A DNA stretch of 64,000 nt, taken from positions 7,056 to 71,055 of the IMG/VR virus record IMGVR_UViG_3300027647_000001; one strand, written 5' to 3'. Source of the DNA: a virus (taxonomy: Duplodnaviria > Caudoviricetes). How positions within the stretch are numbered: the first letter of the stretch is position 1; each line of letters starts with the position of its first letter. Made by a program: the position numbers and the translations under genes. Below are positions 9,048 to 16,857 of this stretch, in pieces. Below the pieces are notes generated by a model. That model was not told the DNA's origin and did not search any database. It saw only the letters and a program-made list of their open reading frames with translations.

Positions 9048-9263
9048 ATGAGACCCATGGCCAGACGCCCCGCACAGCAGTCGCTCCTCGTCGACGACCC
9101 CGTCACCGGCTACCGGCTACCGCGCGTTGAGTGCAAGAAGTGCCACCGGGAGTTGACCGATCCCGTCTCGCGTATGCGCCGCCGGGGCCCTGAATGCGAT
9201 CCCGACCGGCGAACCGGCCACGCACGGCACGAGGTCGACCAAGAACCGATACCCGGCACCTGA
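9048..9263 (+). CDS. DUF6011-like Zn-ribbon protein
   Basis: CKKCHRELTDPVSRMRRRGPEC. Confidence 0.75.
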   Translation: MRPMARRPAQQSLLVDDPVTGYRLPRVECKKCHRELTDPVSRMRRRGPECDPDRRTGHARHEVDQEPIPGT

Positions 9264-9275
9264 AGGAGCCCCAGC

Positions 9276-9506
9276 ATGACGACCGAGCCGTACTGCACCG
9301 GCCACCGATGCGCCGACTGCACGCCCGACGAGGGGTGCTGCGAGGCCACCTGCGGCTGCTGCCCCCGCGTCGACGAGCACGACCACTGCCGCCTTGCCCC
9401 CGGCAGCGAAGAGGATTCGAAGTACTGCGACCAGCACGGTGAAGGCTGGCTCTTTGACCGCTCCCCCGAAGCCGAGCTGATGTACCAGATCCTTCGAAAC
9501 GCGTGA
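9276..9506 (+). CDS. Cys-rich microprotein (10 Cys in 76 aa)
   Basis: GAAGGAG RBS; CTGHRCADCTPDEGCCEATCGCC. Confidence 0.7.
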   Translation: MTTEPYCTGHRCADCTPDEGCCEATCGCCPRVDEHDHCRLAPGSEEDSKYCDQHGEGWLFDRSPEAELMYQILRNA

Positions 9507-9521
9507 GGCCCTCGCCAGCGA

Positions 9522-10679
9522 CTACTGAGTGGGGGCCCCCGCCAGCGGCTCCACGTCGACCGCGCGGCGTAGCTGCTCCATTGTTGTCGGCAACGGAGAC
9601 CACCCGTACTGGCCCGCCATCACCGCGTTCAGGGCCGTGATGCCGCGGGTGTACGCCCGGCGCAGCCCGTCCGGCAGGATCGTCACCCCCGCCGGGCCCG
9701 TGCTCGACGCATGCACCGTCACCCACAAGGCGCTACGGCCGCCCTCGATCGGCACCTCATTCGCGGCCGGCGCCATTCCGTCGAGGATCTCCTGGCGCAC
9801 GTCCAGCCACCGGCGCACCGCCACCCTGGTGCCCTCCCGCAGCCCGTACCACTGGACATCCGGCCGGCCCTCCACCTCGGCGGCCGCCGCCAGCACCCGC
9901 TGCCGCACCGCCTCCGACGCCTTCTCCAACTGGCCCGCCAACAGCGCCTGCACCGTCCGCGGATGAACCTCCGCCACGTACGCGATGTCCTCCACCCGGC
10001 TCGCCGCCCGCTGCGGCCGCCGGCGTACCGCCACCGCCTCCAGGCCGTCCGCCAGATCGTCCATCCGCAGCGCCGCCAGCTCCCCCGACCGGGTGCCCGT
10101 ATCCAGCACCACGGCGACCATCGCCAGCAACCGCGTCCGGTCCATGCGCGTCAGGCCCATGCCGTCGCGCTCCAGCGGCCCGTCCGCGGCCAGATCCACC
10201 AGACCCCGATACAGGGCGGCCCGCGACCGGCCGTCCACCGTGTCCTTCAACTCGGGCGGATCCACCACCGGAAGCAGCACCTGCCGGTCCGGCACCACCA
10301 GCCGGGCCACGATCCCCAGACAGTCCCGCACAATCCGCAGCGAGGCGACCGGCAGCGGCTTCCCCACATCCCGTGCACGGAACCGGAGCTGCCCCGCCTC
10401 GGCCAGGTCCCAGAACACGCCGACCGCCCCCGGCTCAAACAGGCGCCGTGCGCTGCGGCGGTTCAGGTCCTCGTGCGGCACCGACCCCACCGCCCGGTCG
10501 AACATGCCCACCAAAGCCCACAACTGGCGCGCCCGCTCCCGCGACACGGGCACCAGCAGCCCGCCCGCGGCCGGGGCCGGCTCCCGACCCTCCCACACGG
10601 CCGGATCCCGCGGCGCCACCCGCTCCACCACGGCCGCCAACTGCCGCACCGACGCGTACCTGTACGTACTCCCCGTCAC
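9522..10679 (-). CDS. Degenerate tyrosine-recombinase-fold protein with inserted LacI-type HTH; catalytic Tyr apparently absent
   Basis: RLLAMVAVVLDTGTRSGELAALRMDDL (box I); EQLRR in place of HxLR, with only about 14 aa after it; insert VEDIAYVAEVHPRTVQALLAG...SEAVRQRVLAAAAE. Confidence 0.7.
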   Translation of the reverse strand: MTGSTYRYASVRQLAAVVERVAPRDPAVWEGREPAPAAGGLLVPVSRERARQLWALVGMFDRAVGSVPHEDLNRRSARRLFEPGAVGVFWDLAEAGQLRFRARDVGKPLPVASLRIVRDCLGIVARLVVPDRQVLLPVVDPPELKDTVDGRSRAALYRGLVDLAADGPLERDGMGLTRMDRTRLLAMVAVVLDTGTRSGELAALRMDDLADGLEAVAVRRRPQRAASRVEDIAYVAEVHPRTVQALLAGQLEKASEAVRQRVLAAAAEVEGRPDVQWYGLREGTRVAVRRWLDVRQEILDGMAPAANEVPIEGGRSALWVTVHASSTGPAGVTILPDGLRRAYTRGITALNAVMAGQYGWSPLPTTMEQLRRAVDVEPLAGAPTQ

Positions 10680-10993
10680 CGAGCCCCCCGCTCCGCCATC
10701 CGAGCCGCCTCCAAGAACGCACCATGCCGTGCCGTCCCCGCAGGATGCCGGGACGCAGCCTCACGCAACTCCCGCGCCACGTCAGCGCGCACGCCCTCCT
10801 CATCCACGGGCGCCCGGTCAAGATGAAGCCGCTCACCGAAGAACACAGTCAGCGCGCCTATGACGGGCAGCAGCAGCTTCTCGTCCGGATCCCCGAATTG
10901 CCAGCCCGCACGGGCAACTCCCTCCCGCGCGACGGCCAGCATCTCGTCCAGCAACGGACGGACGTCCGCACTGCTCCGCTCCGTGCTCGTCAC
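10676..10993 (-). CDS. Hypothetical protein between the two recombinase genes
   Basis: VTSTERSSADVRPLLDEMLAVAREG...; GTGA overlaps on both sides. Confidence 0.65.
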   Translation of the reverse strand: MTSTERSSADVRPLLDEMLAVAREGVARAGWQFGDPDEKLLLPVIGALTVFFGERLHLDRAPVDEEGVRADVARELREAASRHPAGTARHGAFLEAARMAERGAR

Positions 10994-12141
10994 GCCTGCT
11001 CCTCGCGCCGCTTCGCCTGGACCTTGAGCCATGGATTCTCCGCCCGCGACTGCGCACGGTCCAGGTACTCCCGCTTGACCACAGCGGAGCCCGGCTTCCA
11101 CCGGCCCTGCTTCGTCGGGTCCCCGCCAGCGTCCGCGATGGCCTGGGCGCCGCCGCGCCGCAGCCCGTGCGCTGTGATCTGCTGCCAGTTCTTCGCCCCG
11201 GCCTTGTGCGCGCGTTGGCGTACCCAGTCGTTGATGGCGTCGCCGGTGACGTAGTCCCCTCGCTCGGTGGCCACCGCCCGGTTCTGCAACGTGCCGCGGG
11301 AGGTGAGCGCTCGGAAGAACGCGCCCTCGCGTACTCCGAGGCGGTGAAGCACGGTCAGCCAGTCCCGGACCGCGGCAACGGGGTCGAGGAGCGGGTCGGA
11401 GTCGGCGGGGATGTCGGTGTGCTCGCCCTTGGCCTCCTGGTCCGTCTTGGAGGAGCGGATGTGGAGGGTGACGAAGTCGTCGTCGACGGCCACGTCGGCG
11501 ATGGACAGGTCCGCGAGCTCCACCCGACGGTTCAACGCCCCGCGGCCGAGGAGGAGTACGCACCGGTCCCGTACACCGGCCGGGTGCCGCAGGTCGCAGG
11601 TGGCGACCATGGCTCGCAGCAGCTCGGCGGTCACCGGCGGCGCCTTGCGTACCGCGGCCCGCCTACCCCACTCCTTGCGGTACTCGTTCAGCATGCCGCG
11701 CGCCTGCCTGGTGCCGGGCTTCTTGTCCTCGGGCATCCACGTACGGACGGCGGACATGGCGGCGCTGATCGCGTTCGGGGACCGGCCGGACTCGATGAGG
11801 TGGCCGACGTAGTCAACGAACGTGGCGGTGGTGCACGGCCGCGCGACACGGCCCTGCTCAGCGCACCAGGCGGCGAACCGGTTCCGCTGCGACCGGTAAT
11901 TGGCGCTGGTGTTCCTCGGCGCGGACTGGTTCTTCAGCCGCTCAGCAGTCTTCTCGGAGACGTACAGGTCCCGCTCGGTGTACCTGGGGGTGTCCTCGGC
12001 GGTGGGCAGGGACTCGCCGGGCATCAGGACGGTGTGCCGGTCGACCGCCGGCCGCGCTACGGGGCCCGGTTCCATGAGGGCGGGGAGGTGGTCGTCGTCC
12101 ACCAGTTCCGCGTCCACCACGTCCAGGTCGTGCTCGGTCAC
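10990..12141 (-). CDS. Cre-like tyrosine site-specific recombinase
   Basis: NTSANYRSQRNRFAAWC (core-binding domain), LNRRVEL (R), SSKTDQ (K), AHGLRRG (HxxR), QGRW (W as in Cre), KREY (Y). Confidence 0.9.
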   Translation of the reverse strand: MTEHDLDVVDAELVDDDHLPALMEPGPVARPAVDRHTVLMPGESLPTAEDTPRYTERDLYVSEKTAERLKNQSAPRNTSANYRSQRNRFAAWCAEQGRVARPCTTATFVDYVGHLIESGRSPNAISAAMSAVRTWMPEDKKPGTRQARGMLNEYRKEWGRRAAVRKAPPVTAELLRAMVATCDLRHPAGVRDRCVLLLGRGALNRRVELADLSIADVAVDDDFVTLHIRSSKTDQEAKGEHTDIPADSDPLLDPVAAVRDWLTVLHRLGVREGAFFRALTSRGTLQNRAVATERGDYVTGDAINDWVRQRAHKAGAKNWQQITAHGLRRGGAQAIADAGGDPTKQGRWKPGSAVVKREYLDRAQSRAENPWLKVQAKRREEQA

Positions 12142-12395
12142 TGCGATCCGCGCAGAGCAGCCGGAAGGGGGACCACCATGAGGCATTCCCGCTGCGTGCG
12201 GTGCACCGTGACACCGTCGGGCATGACCAGCGGCTCACCGTCGGCATCGAACTCGTATGCCTCATACCGGATGATGAGGCCGTTCGGTCCAGGCACGATT
12301 TCGATGGGCTCGGCCACCACGGCGGGGTCCAGACCGTTGGCACTGGCCCAGTCACACAGAGCGGTCCTGCTTTCCCCCGTCACGTGCACCTTCAC
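12138..12395 (-). CDS. Hypothetical protein, first gene of the recombinase operon
   Basis: ORF track; GAGAGGGG RBS; stop overlaps the recombinase GTG. Confidence 0.7.
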   Translation of the reverse strand: MKVHVTGESRTALCDWASANGLDPAVVAEPIEIVPGPNGLIIRYEAYEFDADGEPLVMPDGVTVHRTQRECLMVVPLPAALRGSQ

Positions 12396-12434
12396 GCTGA
12401 TCCCCTCTCAGATAAGAACTGACGTACAAGGGAA

Positions 12435-12440
12435 ATTATA
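12435..12440 (-). promoter_or_regulatory. Perfect -10 hexamer TATAAT upstream of the recombinase operon
   Basis: Plus-strand ATTATA in an AT-rich patch 40 bp upstream of 12395; no good -35 seen. Confidence 0.5.
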
Positions 12441-12497
12441 CGAGGGTGATCACCTGCCGGTCCCCAACGCAGCCGTCCGGGGAGAAAAGGGGGCGCC

Positions 12498-12677
12498 TTA
12501 GCGCAGCCAGAGGAGGGCGGCACAGAAGAGCAGTGCACCGAGTACCGCGTAGCCGGGGAGCGCGAGCGCCAACCGCCGATTCGCTCGCCGGCGTCGGCGG
12601 TCCAGATCCTCCCGGATCTTCGCGCGCAGCAGACCCTCAACACGGGCCATCAAGGCGTCGTCCAGGTATGGACTCAT
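12498..12677 (-). CDS. Small membrane protein (59 aa)
   Basis: Not in ORF track; MSPYLDDALMARVEGLLRAKIREDLDRRRRRANRRLALALPGYAVLGALLFCAALLWLR. Confidence 0.55.
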   Translation of the reverse strand: MSPYLDDALMARVEGLLRAKIREDLDRRRRRANRRLALALPGYAVLGALLFCAALLWLR

Positions 12678-12686
12678 GGCCCAACT

Positions 12687-12851
12687 CTACGCCCGGAGCT
12701 GACGAGCCGACTGGAAGATGCGCCGTAAAGTCACCAGCTGCTCCAAGGTCAGGGGCGGGGCCAAGTCGACCGCCCGGCGGATCGCCTCGACTGCCGCCGG
12801 CCCCAGTCGCCGCTCTGCCTCTGCCCGCGAGAAGCGCGGTTCCGTATCCAT
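12687..12851 (-). CDS. Small hypothetical protein
   Basis: MDTEPRFSRAEAERRLGPAAVEAIRRAVDLAPPLTLEQ. Confidence 0.6.
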   Translation of the reverse strand: MDTEPRFSRAEAERRLGPAAVEAIRRAVDLAPPLTLEQLVTLRRIFQSARQLRA

Positions 12852-12936
12852 GGACGGGAGAGTAGCGGCCCAAACGGGCCGACTAGTCCTTAACACACGT
12901 TATGCGCATCCCCAGGAAGCGATCTGCGAGTCGGGC

Positions 12937-13272
12937 CTACGTGCGACGCGGGATGGCCTGGAGCAGGGACGCCTGAATCGACCGGACCGCAAGGGCGCCA
13001 GAAGGGGGCACGGCCTGAATGGCTGGCATGGTGATGTTGAGCTGTGCCGCGCCTTCAATGAGTCCGCGCAGCGGTCCCGCCTTCAGACGCATCAGGCGAT
13101 CAGCGCACTCCCGGCATGACGGCATCCCGTCACGCTGCCGCGTGCAGACGTACTGCCCAGCCTTCCGAGGGTGGGCGTAGTCGCGGTGGCCGCAGCGCGG
13201 GCACGAGTCACCGCGTCGCAACTGAACCTGCCGCAGAGCTCGTTCAGCGTTGAGGTAAGGGCGGTGGCTCAT
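12937..13272 (-). CDS. Zn-finger-like hypothetical protein
   Basis: CPRCGH...C...CREC; GGAGG RBS. Confidence 0.6.
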   Translation of the reverse strand: MSHRPYLNAERALRQVQLRRGDSCPRCGHRDYAHPRKAGQYVCTRQRDGMPSCRECADRLMRLKAGPLRGLIEGAAQLNITMPAIQAVPPSGALAVRSIQASLLQAIPRRT

Positions 13273-13444
13273 GATGCCTCCAAGGGCGCTGGGCCGACGC
13301 ATGTGAGCTTATCGCTGATCAAAGCGCAGGTTCCCGGTGGTGCGAGCGGACGGTTCGTCAATCTCGTTTATGCAAACGGGGGTAGACGCTGGACGAATGA
13401 GCGAGGCCCGGCTACGGTGGTGCTCGTAAGAACGCCGTCTATTC

Positions 13445-13891
13445 ATGTTCGATACAACGGGAGCGCCGTTGAAGATCACAGTCACCGTCGACGAACCCAC
13501 CCCGGAGTTCCAGACCCGACTCCTCGCACTCCTCGCCGAGAACACCGGCCACGTCGAAGTTGACGCGACCTGGACCCCCGAACGAGCCGAGCGCTACTGC
13601 CTCGCCCTTCCCAAGCGCGCCCGGCGCATCGTCAAGGAAGCCGCCAACCGCGACGGCTACGTCAGCGCCGACGACCTCCGCGACGACGAAGACAGCAGCC
13701 TCCGCGGACACAGCGCCGCCCTGAAGCGCCTCCTCGACCGCGGGGCCCGCGACGGATGGTGGCCCACCGGCATGGAGCCCCCGATTCAGGCCCAGGGCCC
13801 CGGCTTCGGAAAGGTCGTCGGCTACCGCATGCCAGACCACCTGATCAACGTCTTCCGGGACGCGGCCAACAAGCCCTCCCGAGACTGGTAG
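13445..13891 (+). CDS. Hypothetical protein (possible winged helix)
   Basis: ORF track; LPKRARRIVKEAANRDGYVSADDLR. Confidence 0.7.
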   Translation: MFDTTGAPLKITVTVDEPTPEFQTRLLALLAENTGHVEVDATWTPERAERYCLALPKRARRIVKEAANRDGYVSADDLRDDEDSSLRGHSAALKRLLDRGARDGWWPTGMEPPIQAQGPGFGKVVGYRMPDHLINVFRDAANKPSRDW

Positions 13892-13925
13892 ACCACCGCA
13901 CCACCGAGTAGTGAGGACACCGACC

Positions 13926-14342
13926 ATGACGGAAGCCCCCGAGTACCTGCCCATGCCCGACGGCTACGCGCAGCGAGTGGCGGAGCTGGAAGCCGCCGGT
14001 CACCCGGCAACAGAAGCGCACTGGATGGCCGCCTGCGAGGCCAGCGGAGCTGTCGGACGGCGCGAGACGAACCACCGCGACCTGTTCTGGTTCGGCAACC
14101 TGCCCGACGACCAGCGTGACGTCTGGGACCGGATCGCCGACCGCGAAGGCAAGCGGTTCTACTTCCACCAGGATAAGGACACCCTCGTCGGCTACCTCGC
14201 GCACGGCCGCCACGACGCGCGCCTGAATACCCAGATCGGCGAGGAACGCCAGCAGAGGCTCGTCGATTTCATCAAGGAACACGGCCTCTGGGACACATGG
14301 GTGGCCAGCAACCGCAAGAACATCAACGACGACGAGAAGTGA
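13926..14342 (+). CDS. Hypothetical protein
   Basis: ORF track; GAGG RBS. Confidence 0.7.
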   Translation: MTEAPEYLPMPDGYAQRVAELEAAGHPATEAHWMAACEASGAVGRRETNHRDLFWFGNLPDDQRDVWDRIADREGKRFYFHQDKDTLVGYLAHGRHDARLNTQIGEERQQRLVDFIKEHGLWDTWVASNRKNINDDEK

Positions 14343-14349
14343 GACGGCC

Positions 14350-14562
14350 ATGACCGTTCAGACGCCCCGCAAGAACACGCCCAAGAGGGTCGAGACGAAG
14401 GACGACGGCTCGACCGTCACCCACGTGGTCATCAAGCGGGCCTGCAACGGATGCGACGGCGAGCTGGGGGACGCGCTGCCGCTGGAGATCGAGCTTGCCT
14501 TCCTGGGTAAGGAACTACCGGACGCCCGCGGCGAGTGCCCCGACTGCACCACCGAGCAGTGA
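14350..14562 (+). CDS. Small CxxC...CxxC protein
   Basis: KRACNGC...CPDC. Confidence 0.7.
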   Translation: MTVQTPRKNTPKRVETKDDGSTVTHVVIKRACNGCDGELGDALPLEIELAFLGKELPDARGECPDCTTEQ

Positions 14563-14573
14563 GGACCACGACC

Positions 14574-14777
14574 ATGGCGCGCATCATCTTCCACATGAAC
14601 AGGACGATCCAGGACGCCCAGTTCGCCGAGATCTACGAGGCCGCCGACGGGCTCAATGTCGGAATCAGCCTCTACGGCAACACGCCCTCGCCCACACGCG
14701 ACTCCTTCGTCTGGCTGATCAAGGGAAGCACGCTCGGGGTGCACCGGATGAAGCGGTACTTGAGGGCGATGCCCTGA
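14574..14777 (+). CDS. Small hypothetical protein
   Basis: MARIIFHMNRTIQDAQFAEIYEAAD after GAGG. Confidence 0.65.
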   Translation: MARIIFHMNRTIQDAQFAEIYEAADGLNVGISLYGNTPSPTRDSFVWLIKGSTLGVHRMKRYLRAMP

Positions 14778-14797
14778 CCAGTCCGTAGGTAGAGACG

Positions 14798-14828
14798 CGC
14801 CCCCGCCCAGGTCTAGTGGGCGGGGGCG
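14798..14828. terminator. Bidirectional hairpin between convergent genes
   Basis: CGCCCCCGCCCA-N7-TGGGCGGGGGCG, 12-bp stem. Confidence 0.7.
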
Positions 14829-14853
14829 TCTGCGCGTCACGATACCTGCGTGC

Positions 14854-15300
14854 CTAATCTGGCCGGCCCAACGTCCAGCCCTCGACATCAGCGATCCGGG
14901 CCCGCCACAAGGGGCGCTCGGGGCCCATGGCCGTCGGGCCATTTATCGTGCCCTGATGGTTCGTGATGAACTTCGCGTTCCGGAGATGCAGGAAGTTCAA
15001 GGGCTTGCTTTCGTCTTCTTCCGGCGGTCCGAGCTCCCGGTTCACCACGTCAAGCATCGTGACCAAGGCGTCAGAGTCGCCGCCGATCGTGGCCAGCCAG
15101 GCACGGAACTCCGCCTCCCACCGTCCATGGCTGATCAACTCGCCAGCGACGAGGAGACCGCCAACCTGAACAGTGACACTCAACGCAGACTCGTGGGACT
15201 TGTCCCCGTTCAGCATCCCCAACAGCACATTCAGGTAGACGTCTCTGACAGGCTCGGCCACGTCAACATGGTCATGAAGCTCCCGGGCTTCTTCGGTCAT
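14854..15300 (-). CDS. GvpU-like protein
   Basis: LSVTVQVGGLLVAGELIS...NFLHLRNAKF...LWRARIADVEGWTLG parallels the GvpU family pattern as recalled. Confidence 0.65.
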   Translation of the reverse strand: MTEEARELHDHVDVAEPVRDVYLNVLLGMLNGDKSHESALSVTVQVGGLLVAGELISHGRWEAEFRAWLATIGGDSDALVTMLDVVNRELGPPEEDESKPLNFLHLRNAKFITNHQGTINGPTAMGPERPLWRARIADVEGWTLGRPD

Positions 15301-15599
15301 CGCGCACCATCCCCGCACTCTCAGCCCCAGAAAGCCCGACGCCTTGTGGTGGCCGTGCTCACGCTACCGGCGAGCACTGACAGTCGACCGGCCCTGATCA
15401 CACCTGCGTGCGGTGGAAGCCGATGTGGGAGCGGGACGCGGTCGGCCCGCGCTGCCCCTGATAGCGGGAGCCAGCGGCAGCGCTGCCGTATGGCGCCTCC
15501 GCGGGCGACGAGAGCCGGAAGAGATCCCCGGCCTGCGGCTGCGTAGAGGTGACCCGCACCAGGAATCCGGCCGTGGTGCAGAGCCTGCCGGACTGGCAA

Positions 15600-15647
15600 G
15601 ATCCGGTTATTTGCGCCTACTTTTTGTAGGACAACACCCCAGGTCAG
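15600..15647. repeat. 48-bp inverted repeat copy B (putative recombination site)
   Basis: GATCCGGTTATTTGCGCCTACTTTTTGTAGGACAACACCCCAGGTCAG; one mismatch to the reverse complement of copy A; 3 bp beyond the last late-operon stop codon. Confidence 0.9.
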
Positions 15648-15650
15648 GCC

Positions 15651-16841
15651 TTACAACTCGATGCCGCCCGCTGCGACGAATTCCACGCTCCGGATGATGT
15701 GGTCGTCGTTCGCGCCGCCGTTCGAACCCGTCCAGCCCACCCGGGCCGCCGCGGGCGCCACGACCGCCACCTGATCGAACAGCAGGACCCCGTCCACCCA
15801 CGCCGACAGAACCCCCGCCGTATACCGGACCCGGACCAGGACCGGAGCCGTCCGCAGGTCCAGTACGCCGCCATAGGTGGCGACCGTCGTCATGGCCGTA
15901 GGACTGGTGGTGACGATCCGGGCACGAGACCCGCCGCCCGTATCCAGAGCCAGCGCCACTGCGGTGCAGCCGACCAGACCCAGGTCGCCGCCTCCAGCTC
16001 CCTGGAACGTGGCCGCGGTGTCCGCCGGGTCCGCCAGCGCGAACGTGATCCCGTCGGCGCCCGTGCCGCCCGACATCTCGCACTCGAACGACACATCCAG
16101 CCCGTCGGTGGGGTCGGTCGTGGTGCGCCAGCACGTGCCGGCGCCGAACCCGTCCACTGCGTGGGTCAGGTACAGGTCTGCGCCGTCGAGGACGGCGAAG
16201 CCGTTCAGCTGCCAGCCCGGGTCGGTGGGCGGCGGGATCCGCAGCCACGACGTCCACGCGCCTTCCGTCTTGGGCCCGTACAGGCGGCGTGCGCCGGCGT
16301 CGAGGGCCCAGTCCCCGTCGATGCCGACCGCATCATCTGGCTGGCCGACGGTGGTCAGCAGCCCGGGGCGTGCCGGACCGGGATCGCCCTGCGGCCCGGT
16401 CGGCCCCTCGGGTCCTTCGGGGCCGGTCTCGCCCTGCGGGCCCGCAGGCCCGGTCTCTCCGGGCGGGCCTGGGACGTACAGGATCGTGCCGTCGCCGGTG
16501 ACCGTGTCGGCCAGGTCGACGCGCAAGTCGCCCACCCAGTACGGGCCGCCCGTGTCGGGGACGAGGATGTGGGTGATGACGGGGGTGCCGTCCAGGGCGC
16601 GGCCTTCGGTGACCGCCCACAGCGTGTCCCCCGCCAGGGACTCGACGTCGGCGTTGGCGGGAAGGTCGATCTGCCAGGTGCCGTCCGTGTCGGGCCGTAC
16701 CGGCTGCGGCTGCACGACCTCGCTCTCGCTGCTGGCGACGTATCCGACCGCCCGCGTACCGGTGACGTCCACCAGCTCCACCGTCACGCGTACTCGTGTC
16801 GGATCGGCTGGGCCGATCAGTGTGCCCTTCACGATGGTCAT
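15651..16841 (-). CDS. Virion appendage / receptor-binding-like protein: collagen G-X-Y linker plus C-terminal lectin (ConA-like) domain
   Basis: GPPGETGPAGPQGETGPEGPEGPTGPQG; WQLNGFA...GADGITF...VGWTGSNGGANDDH. Confidence 0.7.
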   Translation of the reverse strand: MTIVKGTLIGPADPTRVRVTVELVDVTGTRAVGYVASSESEVVQPQPVRPDTDGTWQIDLPANADVESLAGDTLWAVTEGRALDGTPVITHILVPDTGGPYWVGDLRVDLADTVTGDGTILYVPGPPGETGPAGPQGETGPEGPEGPTGPQGDPGPARPGLLTTVGQPDDAVGIDGDWALDAGARRLYGPKTEGAWTSWLRIPPPTDPGWQLNGFAVLDGADLYLTHAVDGFGAGTCWRTTTDPTDGLDVSFECEMSGGTGADGITFALADPADTAATFQGAGGGDLGLVGCTAVALALDTGGGSRARIVTTSPTAMTTVATYGGVLDLRTAPVLVRVRYTAGVLSAWVDGVLLFDQVAVVAPAAARVGWTGSNGGANDDHIIRSVEFVAAGGIEL

Positions 16842-16857
16842 CGCACGGCTCCCCTAT

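Noticed and set aside
15314-15324. CGCACTCTCAG, identical to 11 bp of the 52132 operator
   Set aside because: Only the left part of the palindrome; an 11-mer match in GC-rich DNA of this length can arise by chance.
2176-15647. 48-bp inverted repeats as terminal inverted repeats of a transposon
   Set aside because: No DDE transposase inside; flanks (CCGGGT vs GCCTTA) show no target-site duplication; the cargo is core phage early genes.
15600-16841. Tail-fibre shufflon (Gin/Cin-like host-range switch)
   Set aside because: Site B lies outside the coding sequence and no alternative fibre C-terminus is found next to site A.
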